Source: Azolla caroliniana
Taxonomy: Eukaryota; Plantae; Polypodiophyta
Direction of reading: 5' to 3'
Assembly: GCA_043228905.1 (NCBI GenBank)
Contig: JBHGNT010000006.1
Span: 10,726,001-10,790,000 of the forward strand
Length of the DNA: 64,000 bases
Position numbers and translations under genes: made by a program. The notes beneath the pieces are model-generated. The model searched no databases. It was not told where the DNA came from and was given only the letters and a program-made list of their open reading frames with translations. Positions 37,420 through 51,600 of the stretch are shown here, one piece after another (the stretch's first letter is position 1; each line of letters begins with the position of its first letter).

Positions 37420-37689
37420 CATTTCTTGAACATGTGAACAAGCCACATTTCTCTCGTTTTGGTATCACAAGCAACATTGGACTATTTAGAGACTTTAACA
37501 CATCTATTCTTCGTCTCTTCTCTTCTCTCTCTTTAGATGAAGTCACACAATTATATTATTTGTAAGTGAAAAACTTGAAATGTTACTACAACTAATTTAC
37601 TTTCACCATCATATGGGCAAGGGAGCAAGTTGAAGTGACATCAAGCAAGAAGAACTCTTGTTGTTCAAATGAGATTTTCCACTTGCTCC

Positions 37690-37880
37690 AATAAACAAGA
37701 TTGCCACATCAATACTCCTCTCTTTATATGTGGATATGCATTAAACCCCTATCTAGCATTAAAACATGAAAGTATTGCACATATTCCAATTATGATATAA
37801 TTCCCAATATCTCAATAATAGGAAAAATGACCCATATCTTTGGTTTTAGGTCGTGTTGTGTAAATACACAAATAGATATT
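37690..37880 (+). mobile_element. Possible ancient Copia RT remnant
   Basis: ILLSLYVDM (YVDD-like) near 37710-37737 and a faint RPDI-like segment near 37826. Very degenerate. Confidence 0.3.
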
Positions 37881-38779
37881 CTCTTAGTGTAAGGTAATTA
37901 CTAGCAACAACAAGGAATGTAGTTTTGAATCTAACAAGGGATCAACACTATATGAAGTGGTGAGACCTATCTTCCAATTAAATCCTCAAAGAGGCATGTG
38001 TTGGTTACCAATCCACAATTCTTTAGAGTTGATCCCAATGGTGCACCTCCAATCACCAATATACAAAAAAAAGGCATCTATTGGAAATGACAATTTAGAA
38101 TGGCAATAATGTTGCACGAATTGTTATAATCCATTACCAGATTTACATACATGACATTTTTTGCCCATCTAGATGATAATCATTGATGTGAGTTTGTACA
38201 AATTTTGTACTACAAATATTTGTTATCACTTAGAAAAATCAAGTCCTACAACCATGGTTGTTCTATTCTCGTAGGTAAAGGGTGTATGACCAATGATATA
38301 ATCTAAAGCTTCTATGATATGAAACCATGTACACGTAACAAGAGACATCAACAAATTCCAAGAGTCTTCGACATTATGCATCAACATCTCTTGAGTCCTA
38401 CCTCTATGGTTACTAATTGAAGAAAATGACTAAACTTGAAAGTGGATTCTTCATCTTCAACTACATAATAATGTAAAAGACAAGTAACTCCTTTAACAAA
38501 GGATTTAACACTCTCCTCCAATTGATGATAGGGCCCACTAAATAAAGAGGTTTCTTGCCATGATACAATCACTTATTGGACAAATGAGGAGGGAAAAAAA
38601 AACTCATAACCATAGTCCGCCCATGTGTCATACTCATGGTTGTGATCATAATAAACACTCGTCTTACAAGTTAGGAGCATCAACAAAACCTGTTGCTGCT
38701 AGACCTGATCAAATTATTTGGGAAGAGAAGGCCATGTGGCAAAGATGGAATTGTTAGTGTATATATCAGATGTTCAAGG

Positions 38780-39199
38780 ATAAGCAGTCAGAAAGCTACA
38801 AACTTCACATCAAACGCTGATGCAACACAAGTGCACACACTACGTGCATATGTCACATTAACAATCAAAGAAGAAGAAGATGTAGATAACATCCTAACCA
38901 CTTGGGAAAAGAAAATGGATGATACAATCACATATGGTTTGGATGTTTTTGACAAACTACAAAGATGTTTACTATTAGGCACTTTACCCTCTTCTTGGTC
39001 ATCTTTTGTAACTACACAAAATTTAAATAAACAAGCCACCGTGGAAGACCTCATGGGAGACATAAGACAAGAAGACTCGATGAGAAAGACAAGAGAAGTA
39101 AACATAACGACACAAGCAATCACTATGGCAACCTATCGACTTAGAAGACACCACAAACCCACCACAAAGATACAACAGTTTCAAGAGCCAATGGACTAA
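38780..39199 (+). mobile_element. Copia Gag remnant
   Basis: LLLGTLPSSWSSFVTT..TVEDLMGDIRQED matches the Copia Gag core motif also seen in A1 and J. Confidence 0.65.
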
Positions 39200-39202
39200 T
39201 GA

Positions 39203-40835
39203 TGTAAGCATGAGATAAGGAAATATAAGATAAATAGATAAGAGAAGAGAGAGAAAGAAGGATGTTGATTCGCTCGACCACCCCTGAGCGAATGGATCAA
39301 GACGGCTCGAGCCTCGATCGACTTCCCATACCACCGCCATGGCGTCGAGTCGTACCGGGTACTGGCGCACTCGCTACAAGAGTTTGATCACCAAGAGATC
39401 AGAGTTTTGACGTAGTCATAAGATGTAAAATGAGGGTAGCTAGCCCTCATATTTATAGCCAAACCTAAGGCCCCCAAGCAAGTTCACACTTGGCCCTTAT
39501 GGGTTATCCCAATTCCTGTCAAGATTGAGAGAGAGAGAGAGGTTCACACTTGGCCCTTATGGGTTGTCCCAATTCCTGTCAAGACTAAGAGAGAGAGAGA
39601 GAGAGAGTATATTGTAAAGATAATGTATTGGACTAGAAGATGGAATACAATAAACAACAAGGGAGCTCTAGAATGACGTTGAACCAAATTGGTTCATCCC
39701 TTATTATTAGCTGCATATTTATAAGTCTTAATACAGAATAAAGATTATGCTAGAATATTCTAGTTTAACGTTCTAAACAATAGAGCACTCTCGAATATTC
39801 TAGAACATTCTAGAACATAGAGTACTCTAGAATTGTTGGGATTTCGGTCCCTCCGGATGGGATGTCCGGAGATGAATGACGGCAAGCCCGGTTGCGGTTA
39901 CGGAACCGGAGGATGAAGAGTACCCGGCATGAAGCCGGATGAAGAGTACCCGGCATGAAGCCGGATGAAGAGTACCCGGCTACGGAGCCGGATGATGAAG
40001 ACCCGGCTTCGGAGCCGGATGACGAAGACCCGGCTACGGAACCGGATGACGAAGACCCGGCTACGGAGCCGGATGATGTATGTACCCGGAGAGAGATCCG
40101 GATGCGGGGACATATTTGTGAATATGTTTGCCAAGGGCCCTTGTGGCTATATTTGTAAATAGCCCGAAAGTCATATGTGTATAAATATGACTTAGGGCAA
40201 ACAGTTTGTGCGTTGCTGCTCATGTTTTCTGTTTTCACTTAGAGAGAGTGAAGAGAGCAGCCGAGAGAGAGAGAGAGAGAGAGACGAAGAGGTCGTTGCC
40301 TCTGTGTATTACCGCCGCCTGTGGCGAAGATAGTGAGCTCAAGGTTGTTGCCTTGAAGCTTCACCATTGTACATCTCTGTTCATAGTGATAGTTGGAGTT
40401 TGAGGACTCCCGTGGTTTTTCCCGTATAGGGTTTTCCACGTTAATCCCCGTGTTATCGTGTCTTTCTCTGTGTTTCCTATTTTCTGCTGCATTGATTCGT
40501 GATTTCTCGGTTGTGGCCGAACGGTGAAGGTGAATCGGAGCGTTGATTAGCAACAAGAATACTTATGATATTCTATATAGTTTATACATTCTTTACACAT
40601 AAATATATCATTACAATGGTTAAGAACTCGACACGTATACAACAAGGTTGTGGGTCTGATTCCTTGTAAACCCAACTCATATGTAAGTGTCATCTTGACA
40701 CTACCCCCCTTCTTCGACGACCCATATCACGGGTCGTATGGGTTGAACTAGGACTTGGCTTATGAGGATATTGTCGATGAAATTTGGTGACCATGTCCGC
40801 AACATTGACAAGATTTGTTGCAAGTTCCCAAGTTC
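39203..40835 (-). mobile_element. 3' end of Copia element E: LTR 39203-40700 (interrupted by a solo LTR), PPT and RNase H tail
   Basis: Minus strand: NVADMVTK (~40785-40808), PPT AGGGGGG, LTR TGTCAAG...CTTACA, TATAAAT near 39450. Internal 60-bp duplication at 39482-39600. Confidence 0.62.
39834..40555 (+). mobile_element. Solo LTR of the A2 family with 24/27-bp arrays
   Basis: TGTTGGGATTTCGG...CAACA with TSD AGAAT (39829-39833 and 40556-40560). Closely similar to 4769-5522. Confidence 0.95.
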
Positions 40836-41046
40836 GATCATTGTTTTCTGGAACCCATGTTCCACCATGAAGGACTCAAACTTCTTGTACCATTGGCGTG
40901 GAGCTTGTTTTAGGCTGTACAAGCTTTTCTTCAGTTGACACACCAGATTCTCTTTCCCTTTCTCCAACTCCCTGTGCAAGAATGCCATGAAAGAATGCCG
41001 TCTTGACATCCAACTGTTCAATCTCCAGATACATGCTAGTAGCTAT

Positions 41047-41107
41047 TGTGAAAGATTGCTTGCGGAAGCGTTAGAAAGAACAGTACACAAAGAGAGAGAG
41101 AGTACGC

Positions 41108-41169
<62 letters not shown>

Positions 41170-44100
41170 AGGAGACAGTATTCTTCAAAAATATATGAAT
41201 ACTCTGTGCTCTGTATATACAACGTGCTCATCAACGCTATTTATACAAGTCCACACGGGATTGTTAGAAGTATGGTGTACTTCAATGCTCACACGAGCAT
41301 CTGACACTAACTACGAGATTATAACTGCCTAGTAGTCTAACCTATACTAGGCTTCCAGTTACGGATTGGATCTGGCATACCGGCTCCCCAGCTCACCGGT
41401 CCTTACTGCTTAACGGCTCGATTGCTCACCATCATACCGATTCATCTCGCTTACCGGCTCAGGCTTATTCAGCCGATCCGGCTCTGGTTGAGCTTGCCGC
41501 TCAACACTCCCCCTCAAGCTCAACCTGAGGTAGGGTCGTAGTGTCAACCTCTGTGGCAGCCGGTTCTTCCAACCGACTTCTCCTGGTGTCGCTTCGCCTT
41601 GCTTGCGCTCCTTGTCCGGTCTGGTCCCGTTTGCGGCGACCCCTTTGGTTATGCGCGCCTCGACCTTCGGCATGTCTGCTCAATAGGCCCATCTCAGCTC
41701 CTTCGCTGCTATGGCTCTGGCGCTTGCTGATCCGTCGGTTCCTCCGCGATGGCATCAACTTCCGCTGCGTCTGTGTCTCCTTGGCCTCTCATTGATCTGA
41801 CTCATCCGGATCCATCTGTTGATCCGAATCGGCTGTCTCTGACTCGTTCCAGCTCTTGTCCGAATCGGTATCCTCCGATTCGATTTTCGGCTTCAGGCCT
41901 CTCACCACATCGGACCACGTCCGGGTCTTGGCCTTCTCCGCGCTTCCCTTGGCTTCTTCAGCCGATTCACCGAAGTCGAATTCTTCATTCGACTCCGCAT
42001 CATGGCCATTACGATCGTGATGACCTCCGCATAGCATGCACTTCTCTTCCTGAGTGTACACTTCTTCTTCACAGCCGCTCACTCCGACCTGTTCGGATGT
42101 GCCGACTTCCTTCATCGACCCGGCTTCATTTTTCTTCTTGTCTCCACCTTTACCGGTTCTTCTCTTACCTATGGGTTCAACAGTTTTTTTTGCCTTTGCC
42201 CGTTTCGGTAGTGTCTTTGCCCTTGCGTCTCCCCCTCAAGTGTGGCACGTCGAGATGCTGAACACCAAGCATTTCGGTACATTTCGGTAAAGTGCTGCAA
42301 CTTGTCCGACCCGACCGGCTTGGTGAAGATGTTGACAACTTGCTGATCGGTGTGAACATACTGTAGTTCAACTTCACCGCTCAGGACCCGCTCACGCACG
42401 AAGTGATAATGCACTTCTATGTGCTTTATGCAAGCATGGAACATAGGGTTCTTGGCGAGCTGCATGCTACTGAGGTTATCGCAGTAGATCAGGATCGGGG
42501 TCGGTACCTCGATCAGCAGGTCTTGCAGTAGTCGCCGAAGCCAAATGGCTTCACAGGTGGCAACGGTCGCAGCCCGGTATTCAGCCTCAGTGCTGGATAG
42601 AGCCACTGTTGGCTGCTCCACGCAACAGCCGTGCTCCCAAGAGAAAACATAAAGCCGGAAGTTGAGCGACGATCTGATGCATCGCCAGCCCAATCGGCAT
42701 CCGTGTAGCCGACAAGCTCTTCGGTTATACCTTGCCGGTATAAGAGCCCCCGCTCCTTAGTGCCGCTTACATACCTCAGTATTCGTTGCGTGCACTGAAG
42801 GTGCTCCACGGTCGGCTTCTGCATGAATTGGCTCACCACTCCGACCGGATAGCTAATGTCGGGTCGGGTGATGGTTAAGTAGATCAGGCTTCCGACTATT
42901 TGTCAGAACCGTTTCTCATTGCAGGCTGGTTCGGAGTTGGGACGGATCTTCTGATTCCGATCCAGGGGTGTGGAGACAGGTCGGCATTCCGTCATGCCGA
43001 ACTTGTACAGTATATTCAACACATAATGGCGTTGAGAAAGCAATATGCCGTCGGGGGTGTGGATCACCTCGATCCCCAAAAAATAATGAAGGTCCCCCAA
43101 GTCCTTCATATCGAATGCGTCCGACAACTGGGACTTGACGCGGTTGATTTCCGGAAGACCTGAGCCAGTGATGACTAAATCATCAACATAGAGTAAGATA
43201 CATACCGGACCATTTGAGCCTTGACGGATGAACAGGGAAGAGTCCGACTTAGAGGCAACAAACCCCATCTTTTGCAACGGGTGCGTGATCTTAGCATTCC
43301 AAGCACGGAGGACTTGCTTCAAGCCGTACAACGACTTCCTCAGCCGGCATACCGCCGACTTGTTCACCTCCGATTGAAATCCGGGGGCTGAGTCATAAAG
43401 ACTTCTTCTTCAAGATCTCCTTGAAGGAAGGCATTCTTCACATCCATTTGATGAAGATGCCACCCCCTTGCCGCAACAACCGCCAATACCACATGAACTG
43501 TCGTCATCTTCGCTACAGGAGCGAAAGTCTCGTCGTAGTCAATTCCGTGGGTCTGCGCATATCCCTTCGCCACTAACCGGGCCTTGTACCGGTTAACTGT
43601 ACCGTCGACATTGTACTTTACCTTGTACACCCACTTGCATCCGATCGGTTTACAGTGCCGGGGAGGGTCAACCAGGTCCCAAGTTCTGTTGGCATCCAGT
43701 GCCCGCATTTCTTCCTCCATAGCGGCACGCCAATTTGCGTCCTTTGCCGCTTCTGTGTGGCTCTCCGGCTCACACACTTCCGCGACCTTGGTCATGTACA
43801 CATAATGATGCACCATGTACTCGTTATACCTGTACAGTTTAACGGGATCCTTCTGGCGGGTGGACCAGCGTAACTCACCGTTACCCGGTATGAGACCCTT
43901 CTTGGCCGATTCGGTCTTCGTTCCCGAAGATCTGCCTATGTCCTTGCCGAAGTCAGATACGCACCGATCCGACTCATCATTACCGGTCTCAAATTCCGGC
44001 ATCTTCTGCTTCCCTTTCTCTTTGCGTGTGAACCGTCTCCTCGGTTCCTTGCGCGGGGAGAGCACGACAGAGTCTCCACTACTCGCCGTCTCATCATCCG

Positions 44101-46682
44101 ACTGGTTGGACTGATCCAGTCTCTCATTTGGTCCGCTTAACCGGAACGATTCCGGACTCTCATCTTGAGTCCCGGCTTCATCTTTCTCTACCTGGGCCGG
44201 TTCGGGCTCACTAGCCCCATCCTCCGACATCGGGTCGGGATCGGAAGTCGGAGTCGGTAAGGAATACCACGATGCCGATTCATCAAACTCGACATCTCGG
44301 CTGACTCGGACCTGCTTCGTCTGAGGGTTATAACACTTATACCCCTTTTTCTCTTGAGCATAGCCGACTAGGATGCATTTTTCCGATTTTGCATCCAGCT
44401 TTCTCCGCTTCTCATTCGACACATGTACATAGGCTGTGTTGCCGAATATCCGGAGGTGTCTCAAATTCGGCTTGAGCCCGAAATACAACTCATGAGATGA
44501 CACCTTGTCCCCGATCCGGTTCTGGATGTAAACGACCGTTTGGACCGCCTCTGCCCAGTAGAACTTGGGCATGCTCTTTTCCTCCAGCATTGCCTTAGCT
44601 GCGTCAATCAGTGACCGATTCTTCCTTTCGGCCACACCGTTCTATTGCGGTGTGTATCTGCAGCTGAATTCTCGCCAAATTCCTTTTTGTTGCAGATAGT
44701 TGTTGAATTGGCCGGAAAAGTACTCTTTTCCGCCATCCGACCGTAGGCATTTGATCTTCCTCTCTCATTCCCGTTCCACCATCTTCTGGAGGCTTCGGAA
44801 ACACTCGAAGACTTTGCTCTTTCGCTCAATGAGGTAGATCCACGTATGCCGCGTGTAGTCGTCGATGAAGGAGACGAAATATCGACTCTCGCCAATGCTA
44901 ACATTTTGTGCCGATCCCCACACATCCGAATGGATAAGATCGAGCTTGTTACGGCTTCGATTTCTTTCGGTGGGGAATGGAAGCCGGTGTTGCTTCCTGA
45001 GTTGGCAGGCTTCACAAATCTGGGCTCTCCGGCCGCTAAACTTTGGCAAACCAAAAACGACTTGTTCCGTTTGCAGGTCTTGAAGCCTCCGGTAGTTGAT
45101 GTGGCCGATCCGCTTGTGCCACATGTCGATATCCGACTTGACCTTCTGTACTTTAGCGAACAGTGCGGTGCCGACGTCATTGGTGTTGAGGATAAACATC
45201 CTCCCATCTCTGTGCCCTTGCGCAATAACTTCGGCCTCATCCTCCATGAAGCACCCGAGGTGCGTAAACCGCACCTGCATCCCTTGGTCGATGATCTGTC
45301 CGACCGACACCAGGTTCTTCATGATCATCGGAACATGTAATACATTCATCAGCTTCCCCCTCTATCCGACGTGGTTCAAAGGGACTTCTCTGATGTGCAC
45401 GATCGGGTGGGGAGTGTCGTCTCCGGTTTCGACAACTCCCAGTTGATCCGGCTTCTCCAAAAAGGAGAACCACTCCTCGTGGCTCGTCATGTGGTTCGAT
45501 GCGCCGGAGTCAACGTACCACACTTCCTCCGATTTGGAAGTGGTCTTCTTCATTGAGTTTGCCTTGTGCTTCATCACCAAGGCTGGCCCCTTACTATTCT
45601 TGGATCCTCCCGATCTGTTTGCGTAGTGCAAGCTTTGCCGGCCTTCCTTACCGGTCTTGCCGGATCCGGATTTGTCTGAATCGGCACGCTTTCTCCAACA
45701 CTCGCTTTCCCTGTGGCCCTTTTTGCCATAGTACCAACATTCCGTAGCGGATTTGTCTTGCTGGCCTCCGGCACCACCTCGACTCCCCCTGCTTGTGGAA
45801 GTCCCGAAACTGTTGTCAGCACGCTCACTGTGCCTTCGTTCCTGCTCTTGTCGGCCGCCTCCATTGCGTGCCGACCTGTCTCGTCCACCACGCCCACGGG
45901 ACTGATCCGTTCTTGTGTACAACATCCGGCTATCTGGGGATGCACTGGTAGATGCACCGACGTGGTTCTCCTCTACAAGGAGCATCCACTGTAAGTCGAA
46001 AAATGAGGGCGTATCTCCCTTGTACAAACCGTAGTCCGGAAAGCTCTGAACTTGGACGCCAGGCCTCCAAGACAGACCTGCACCATCTCGTCTTCCTCTA
46101 CGGTGACATTAATAGAGGCAAGCGAGTCACAGATCCCTTTGATCCGGTCTGTGTAATCTGCCACCGACATGTTCTTCTGTCGAACATTGCTCAACTCCTG
46201 TCTGAGTTGTAGCTTCCGGGTAGTGGTGCTTGCGGGGAAGACCTTTTTCAAGTTTCCCCAAGCATCCTTCAGTGTCTTGGTGTCACGGATATGGCTGAGC
46301 TGCTGGTCACCGACACTGGATGCGAAGCAGTACATCACCTTGCTTGCCGCCTGTTCCCACACTGGGAAGTCCTTGTGTGTCATCTCCGGTGCTGAGTTGT
46401 TCACTCCGTCGACATAACTCCAGTAGCCATGCCCAAGCAGGTACTGGTGCATCTTGTATGACCAAGATGCGGAGTTGATTCTGTCGAGCTTCTCCACCGG
46501 GAGTGACGTAGCCATCCCTATGTCCATTTCTCCTTTTGTGTCTGTTTTCCGATCTGTTAGGGTTTCCTTCACAAGCGTGGATGTCTGCAGCAAAGGTTCT
46601 CAACCCACGCGCTCTGATACCATGTGAAAGATTGCTTGTGAAGCATTAGAAAGAGCAGTACACAAAGAGAGAGAGAGGACGC

Positions 46683-46722
<40 letters not shown>

Positions 46723-47059
46723 AGGAGACAGTATTCTTGAAAAATATATGAATACTCTGTGCTCTGTATATACAACGCACTCATCAGCGCTATTTATACA
46801 AGTCCACACGGGACTGTTAGAAGTACGGTGTACTTCAATGCTCACACGAGCATCTGACACTAACTACGAGACTATAACTGCCTAGTAGTCTAACCTATAC
46901 TAGGCTTCCGGTTACGGATTGGATCCGGCATACTGGCTCCCCAGCTCACCGGTCCTTACTGCTTACCGGCTCGGTTGCTTAAGGTCATACCGATTCATCT
47001 CGCTTACCGGCTCAGGCTTATTCAACCGATCCAGCTCCGGTTGAGCTTGCCGCTCAACA
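41047..47059 (-). mobile_element. Full-length Ty1/copia element G; LTRs 41047-41506 and 46623-47059
   Basis: TSD GCTAT (41042-41046 and 47060-47064). tRNA-iMet PBS TGGTATCAGAGC (46611-46622). PPT GAGGGGGAG next to the left LTR. Gag, DSGASNHM, IHSDVWG, YVDDL and YTDAD lie in frameshifted ORFs. Confidence 0.96.
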
Positions 47060-48653
47060 GCTATGCTCAGAACAGTTGTAATGGATGTCATCTTCACGAT
47101 TGGAGCGAATATTTCGTCAAAATTGACACCCGTTTTCTATTGGAAACCCTTCACCATAATGCGGTCTTTATACCTAGGTGCACTGTCGACTTTTCTAGTC
47201 TTCACCTTGTAGACACATTTTTTCCTGAGTGCTCTCTTACCTCTCGGTAATTCTACCAGGTCGTAGGTGTAGTTTTCGTGGAAGGAGTCCATCTCATCTT
47301 GCATCGCGTTCAACCATTTCTCTCTGTGCTCGTCTGCTATGGCTTCATGATAGCACTCTGCTCACCTTCATCAGACAAGAGGATGTATTGATTGGCATAT
47401 GTTGTCGGTGCTCTCCTTTCTCTGAGTGGGTATCTCCTTCCACTCGTTGTCGGCTCTCGTTTGTTCGGGTGTCTCTCATGACACTCCTCTTTGCTTGGGG
47501 TCATATATGTTGATCCGCTTTTCAAGGTTGGAAGACTCCAACTCGTATTCCTCGATCGACCTTAACAGCTCTGCCGACTCAGACTTATAGTCGGTTGGTC
47601 TCTCCGAGTCAACCAACTCGGAATTGTCTATGCTGATTGCTGTCTCCGAACAACCGACTGTGTCGGTTCACTTGGCCTCAAGTCGATAGTAGTGGAGGTT
47701 GACTGGTTAGTCGATTCTGACTTCTGTTGCTTCCAGTCCTCTATGGTCTTGTCTTCCAAGAAGACTACGTCCCGACTCCTCACTACCTTCTTGTCGACTA
47801 GGTCCCATAGCCTATAGCCAAACTCATCTTCCGAGTATCCCATGAATATGCATGGTTTCGACTTGCTGTCGAGCTTCTACCTCTGATCCTTAGCCACATG
47901 CATATACGTAAACATTCGAACACCCTCAGATGTCAGTAGGAGACTTCCTTTCCTGTCCACACCCTCTATGGGACATCACCCTTGAATGGCATTGAGGGAG
48001 ACCTGTTGATTAGATAAACAGTTGTATACATCGCCTCAGTCCAATAGGATTTTGGCAATTTAGCATGAGAGAGCATGCTCCTTACTCTCTCCATGATTGT
48101 TCGATTCATCCTCTGTGCAAGCCCATTCAACTAAGGGGTCTTTTGTACGGTGTATTCGATTTGAATACCTTGGGCTTTGCAGTTGTTACCGGCCGGCAAG
48201 GAGTCCAAAATACGGAGTGAAGGAATTAATTAAGTATGGTTGTAAATAAGCATAGTGTGGACGGACGGACTGGAAACGGTATGCCGTTCCAGATCTGGAC
48301 GGATCCCGAATAGGTGCGAGAGGCACCGTTTTGTACTACGGGCCGGAAACCTATTTAAAAGGCCGGACTCCATTGTAATCACAGCGGATAATTAATAGAG
48401 CATATGGTGTTTATACTTCTGTGTTGATTTCCGTTCTGTAATTACTGTTATATCTTACGCGTGTAATTAACCAAAGCATTCTAATCGTGTAACCTACGTA
48501 AGTCGGTGTAATCGTTGAATCTTAATCCTATGCCGTAATCACCCTTTGGTGAAGTGTCTCCGTGACACCTTGTGTTAGGCCTTGTCCGGCCAGCGAATAA
48601 CACAGTTTTGGCGACCACGATTCCTGCTTTCTCGCAGCGAACGACGGTAATGG

Positions 48654-51600
48654 ATGACTAGACCAACGCACGACTTGGTTACAGACCGAGCTCGACGCCT
48701 CGCCGAACGGCAAAGACGGCGTGAGACTTTCCAGCAAGCAGCGCACGAAATTCGCTCGGATCGTTCGTTCTCCAACGAGATCCGGAGAGTCGCGGAGGAA
48801 TCTCTTCGGTTACAGCAAACTCGCGACCAGGACGACGGAAGCAGTCTAAGTAGTCTCCGGGAAACCGAACGCCTCCTGGAGGCGCTGGCAAGCGGAGAAA
48901 ACGAGGCAGAAGCCTTTTCAGCCTACGAATCGGATTCCGAAGGGGGATACAGCGTGCACACGAACTACCGGAGCAGCAACGATACCCCCGGCGGCCCGGA
49001 GGACGACGGGTCGGATACCGTGCCGACTCCAGAACCGGAACCGCAAACGGAAGCCGTCAACCCATCAACACCGGAAGTGGAAGAAGCAAAGCCACCGACA
49101 CCAACGAAAGAGCCGGCAAAGGTACCGGAAGACGAGCCGGTGAAAGAACCGGAAAAAGAACCGGAAGAGGAACCGGAAAAAGCACCGGCAAAACAACCGG
49201 AAGTGGAACCGGAGAGGAAACCGGAAAGATATCAACAAACGCCACTAAACCGCGGCCTAATACTGGACGACAACATGCCGTTCTAATACTCAAAGTATCG
49301 CGATGATCCGGACGCGGAAGCGCAGGTTCATGCCTTCGAGCAGACATGGGAAGCAAATCACACGTCCCAACGAATGACACCGGAGGAAGAAGAACGCTCG
49401 AAGATAGCGGAGTTCGGGGTCACGTTGGAAGGACCAGCGACACGATGGCGGCGGACGCAGGACCCGGCGACCATTACAACCTTTGCAGAATTAAAAGCAA
49501 AATTCTTGCATTTTTTCCACAAGGAGGTAGACCAGACGACAATGGTGGGCCTGTTTTATACGATCCGATAGGAGGCAGGGGAAAGCATTCCCCAATTCGT
49601 CATCCGTTTCCAACGAATGCATAGCCAGCTTAACCGTGCACCCCCGGAGGAGGAATTACGGACGATATTTTTAAACGCACTCCGGGAACAGTTACGCACG
49701 GTGTGTACGGTAATCGACTTTCGAGGAAGCACCATTGACCAGGTCAGAGAAATGGAAAAGTCAAGCTCATGGCTTACACTGGGAACACTGCAACGGGCGC
49801 TACCCACCGAGGAAGATCTCCGGTTCCGGCAGGCAATTCAATGCACAATCTGCTTGAATGCCGGACACTCGGCAGTGGAATGCACCATGCGAACCCAGTG
49901 TGTGATTTGTCAATCCAAGAGTCATACAACGGACCGGTGCGAGTATAACCTGTTAAACCGACAAGCACCACCCGTTCGACGGATCGAGCCAAGAAGCAGC
50001 CGAGACGAAGATGACGATCGTTGGCAAAAAATGAACCGGTACCGACCGACACAGGATGTCCGGTACGGAGACAGACAAGAGAATGATGGCCGGCACAGGA
50101 ATTGGCATGATAACTATGACCGGTATGAGCGATCGGACCGTTATCGGGAGTCCAACAGACGACACGAGCAATACGACAGAGACCATTCCCCTGGTTACCA
50201 AAGGCACCAGGAGAACTACGGCCGATTTTACGATCCACCACGACCGGACTACCGAAATAAAAATAAGAATAATAAGAAACGGAATTTCAAGAAAGGTGGT
50301 CACACTAGGGACCCAGAACATGGAACCCCAAGGAGCCAACCGGCACAGAACGCACCACTCACTACGGGACCGACTCCGGATACCAGCAATGCTGAATCCA
50401 GCAATACCCGTAAAGAGTACTGCTACTACTGCAGGCAGGAAGGCCACTACAGTAACCAGTGCCCGGTAAAGAGCTACGAGAAACGACCAGCAGTTAATAT
50501 GGTGGTTCCGGAAGTGGCGGATATACAGCAAGTAACCACACGGTCGAAAGGCATGGCCAAAGAGTGGGAAACACAAGAGGCCATACGAAAACAGGCGACG
50601 GAATGGGTGAAGGAAGCCAATGAAAGGAACGTCGCGGACGCAGAATGGCAAAAGGAGAATACCATAGGCAGTGCCGGCGGTAGCCACCCAGAAAACGAGA
50701 CGTGGCAAGCACTGCAAGAATGTTAGATCACGTTGCCATTAGGAAGACTCCTGCAGCTCGTGCCGCGATTTACGGAAGGACTGAAAACGGTCATGACAGA
50801 CGGTATAGCCCCACCGGCACCAGTCCTCTTCTCGAACCCGGAGGAGGGACCGACGGTGGTGGACACTAGTAGTCCGGTGATTACAGCTATTGTCAAAGGG
50901 CACGAACTTCCCGGCACAGTAATCGATGGAGGTTCCGGGGTGTGAACGTAATAAGCCTCCGCACGTGTGATGCCTTGGGTATACATGAATGGGAGCCATG
51001 TCCGTTCTGGCTACGGATGGCGGATACGAGCTCTGTACGGCCGACGGGCTTAATACAGAAATTGGAAGTCACCATAGGAGGTCACACATTTCACATCTCG
51101 GCTGTAGTGTTGCAGCTACAGGCGCAAGGCGCGTACCCACTGTTGCTGGGCAGACCATGGTTGAAAACAACACACATCAAGCAAAATTGGCGGAAAAATA
51201 TGATTACCTTCCGGCGCGGAAAAGCCAAGGTCCGGGTACCGACACGACCACGGACAAGCAACGGTAAGGAATGCACACCGCTGTATGCGGAATGCGTGAA
51301 CATGCTTGAAGGGTTGGCAGACGACGAAGAAGCCCAGTACTTGGAGGAACACCCGAAGATCGTACCACTCTTCGAGATTGACGTAGCTGAAGCCGTAGCG
51401 CCATACTTGCCGCAGCGGGACGAAACCGAAGCCGAACCAGACAAAGATGCGATTCGGGAATTACGGCAAGCACAGGAAGCATTGGAACGGGAAATGGCCG
51501 TTTCCCAACGGGTAAAAGCATCCCAGCTCGACGAAGTGAACCTAGGAAGCAAGGACGAATCAAAGCCGGTACACATCGCCAAAGAAATGAAGCCGGAAGA

